Of a stretch of 64,000 nt of DNA, positions 62,561-64,000 are shown in pieces. The notes under the pieces were generated by a model. The model did not search any database and was not told the origin of the DNA. It saw only the letters and a list, made by a program, of their open reading frames with translations. Position 1 is the stretch's first letter; each line of letters starts with the position of its first letter. Location of the stretch: positions 4,113 through 68,112 of the forward strand of contig CALXUB010000025.1 of assembly GCA_944391565.1 (NCBI GenBank). The letters run 5' to 3'. The stretch is from an uncultured Alphaproteobacteria bacterium (GTDB lineage Bacteria > Pseudomonadota > Alphaproteobacteria > CAAHEQ01 > UBA3637). Made by a program: the position numbers and the translations under genes.

Positions 62561-63417
62561 TAGTTTTCTCCTTCCTCAAGTTTTGCGAAATCTAAATTAT
62601 CTAATAAATATTGGTTATAAACCCCTCTGATTCGTTCAATATAGTCTGGATTATCCGGTTCATAAGGAGCCAATCCCTTTAAGAACACACGCCCCGGCAG
62701 AGCATACTTTGTCGGACGATGAATCGTTCTTAATCCTCGCCAACGGTAATATGATTCAGCTTTGTTTAACTGAGAAACATACTCTTCGACAGCCTTTTCC
62801 AGTGTTGGATAACGTTCACGGTCATACAATCCTTTCTCATTCCACTTATAAATCCCAAAAGGGGCATCTAAATTGATTTTTCCGCCTTGCGTTGTATCCA
62901 AAGCTTGTGCCATTGCCAAAGACGGAGAAACTTTATCAACCCTTTGCAACAGTTCATGAGCCTGACTAAGAGGTCCAACTTCAAAAACTTCATACTTTGT
63001 CACCAGGGCATTAAAAAAACTTTGCTCTTGTTCTGTCAATGGCTGATTATTAAAAATTTTCGTAGAAATTTTAAACAGTTCTTTACGCTCGGCCTCCAAT
63101 TGCTCATTCTGATAAAGAATATAGGGCAAAAGCGCTTTTACAAATAACGCAGGATCAGCATTCCAAGAAAAATCACCCGGAAAGTTCTCAATATAAATTC
63201 TGGGTACAGCCAACCGGTCAAAATTCTTCAGTTTCTCGGCCAATTCTTCTGTTGTCTTTACCTGAACAAAAACCCGTTCACTTGACGGTCTTTCTTCCAG
63301 CTGCACAGAGACAGAAGGAACAGGTTGAGTTTCTTTTTGATAGAAATAAAGGGCAGTTTCCAAAATTCCCCAGAAGAAAAGAACGCCCAACACAACCGGC
63401 ATATAAACTTTCAGCAT
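62560..63417 (-). CDS. Bax-like glucosaminidase-domain protein (active-site region divergent)
   Basis: Blocks align with E. coli Bax as I recall it: FVKALLPYILYQNEQLEAERKEL ~ FLRTVMPYITSQNAAITAERNWL, and LLQRVDKVSPSLAMAQA ~ LLERVDIIPTSMVATMA. Where Bax has AESGWGTS this protein has LDTTQGG. Confidence 0.55.
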   Translation of the reverse strand: MLKVYMPVVLGVLFFWGILETALYFYQKETQPVPSVSVQLEERPSSERVFVQVKTTEELAEKLKNFDRLAVPRIYIENFPGDFSWNADPALFVKALLPYILYQNEQLEAERKELFKISTKIFNNQPLTEQEQSFFNALVTKYEVFEVGPLSQAHELLQRVDKVSPSLAMAQALDTTQGGKINLDAPFGIYKWNEKGLYDRERYPTLEKAVEEYVSQLNKAESYYRWRGLRTIHRPTKYALPGRVFLKGLAPYEPDNPDYIERIRGVYNQYLLDNLDFAKLEEGEN

Positions 63418-63686
63418 TCCCCCTCCTCTGTGGTCATCATGTTGACATCACGTACTTCTTTAATCTCAGGCAGAAGAAGTTTCAAAAAGTGCTCTACATT
63501 TCCTTTAAGGGTTTCTATTGCGCCCGGGCAACCTTGACAAGCTCCTTGCAGCTCGACATAAACAACCCCGTCTTTAAAAGCTTTATAGGCAATATCGCCA
63601 CCATGAGCCTGAAGCACCGGGCGTATCCGAATTTGAATAATATTTTGTATTACGTTTTCAAGCTCTTCTTGCGTCATGTCTGTCAT
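63411..63686 (-). CDS. NifU family Fe-S cluster assembly protein (NifU C-terminal domain)
   Basis: IRPVLQAHGGDI......G.VYV.LQGACQGCPGA..TLK motif. 91 aa. Confidence 0.85.
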   Translation of the reverse strand: MTDMTQEELENVIQNIIQIRIRPVLQAHGGDIAYKAFKDGVVYVELQGACQGCPGAIETLKGNVEHFLKLLLPEIKEVRDVNMMTTEEGEC

Positions 63687-64000
63687 TGTTTCGTATCCTT
63701 TATTTCATGAATAAGTTTTTGTAAAGCCAAAACTGCATCCGTGGCATAAAAAGCCTGAACCATCAGATGTGAAGGCAAAAATCCATCCGGTTTACCATTT
63801 ATAATCCAAGCGGGTTGATAACGATAAAGCCGATTAAAGGCGTAAAGAACATCCTCGAAAGCGCCTTCTATTTCCGGTGTTATTACACATGTTTCAAAAT
63901 CTTTTTGCAAGTCGCGAAGCAATAAAGCATAAGCATATCCCTGCCCTTTCATAAAATAGAACAAATTATCTGCTTTTAAATCCAACAACGGAGATTTGTC
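63683..64000 (-). CDS. hypothetical protein, C-terminal part (CDS continues beyond the right edge)
   Basis: The - strand frame stays open through base 64000 (the listed TTG at 63988 is not a real boundary). 4-nt overlap with the nifU-like gene. Family not recognised with confidence. Confidence 0.5.
   Translation of the reverse strand, partial: DKSPLLDLKADNLFYFMKGQGYAYALLLRDLQKDFETCVITPEIEGAFEDVLYAFNRLYRYQPAWIINGKPDGFLPSHLMVQAFYATDAVLALQKLIHEIKDTKQ

Noticed and set aside
1-64000. CRISPR arrays, IS elements, integrases, prophage genes, rRNA operons
   Set aside because: I looked for regularly spaced direct repeats, transposase/integrase/recombinase motifs and rRNA-like conserved stretches while reading both strands, and found none. 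Absence is by eye only and should be confirmed with dedicated tools.

Overview
A 64-kb chromosomal window from an AT-rich Gram-negative bacterium. By eye A+T is clearly above 55%; I did not compute it. Gene content and order fit an alphaproteobacterium with an intracellular or amoeba-associated lifestyle (Holosporales/Rickettsiales-like). This taxonomic call is an inference from three things: the block mltB-like/rlpA/DD-carboxypeptidase/tmk/holB/tatD/MBL, then ihfB-accD; eukaryote-like ankyrin and LRR proteins; and a Pmp-repeat autotransporter with two Aas-type lysophospholipid re-acylation genes.

Coding density is high, about 65 CDS. Six convergent gene pairs overlap at their 3' ends. I could support two tRNAs: Ser-UGA at 13338-13425 (+) and Pro-UGG at 61870-61946 (-). 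I found no rRNA, CRISPR array, transposase, integrase or phage genes.

Housekeeping genes: ogt, dapF, ybaK, tmk, holB, tatD, ihfB, accD, anmK, msbA-like, gltX, valS, alr, and a ybhGFSR-like ABC exporter.

Regions that deserve a second look:
1. 20.2-22.0 kb: tandem DnaA boxes, a near-consensus promoter, a ~190-nt structured leader with mutually exclusive helices, and a prepilin-type leader fused through a 1-nt frame break to a very Cys-rich domain.
2. 33.8-37.0 kb: a MoxR-DUF58-DUF4381 operon whose usual VWA partner is replaced by a WYL-like/TerB-like protein.
3. 9.6-11.9 kb: an envelope-lipid cluster whose LTA-synthase/sulfatase member lacks its catalytic core.
4. 41514-41526: a C6-T-C6 tract in the leader of the autotransporter gene.
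5. 54.8-61.9 kb: an accessory cluster next to tRNA-Pro with antibiotic- and nucleoside-modifying-like genes. It contains a relic of an amidohydrolase paralogue split by a histidine-phosphatase gene with 5-bp junction repeats.

All family assignments come from motif recognition by eye. No searches were run.
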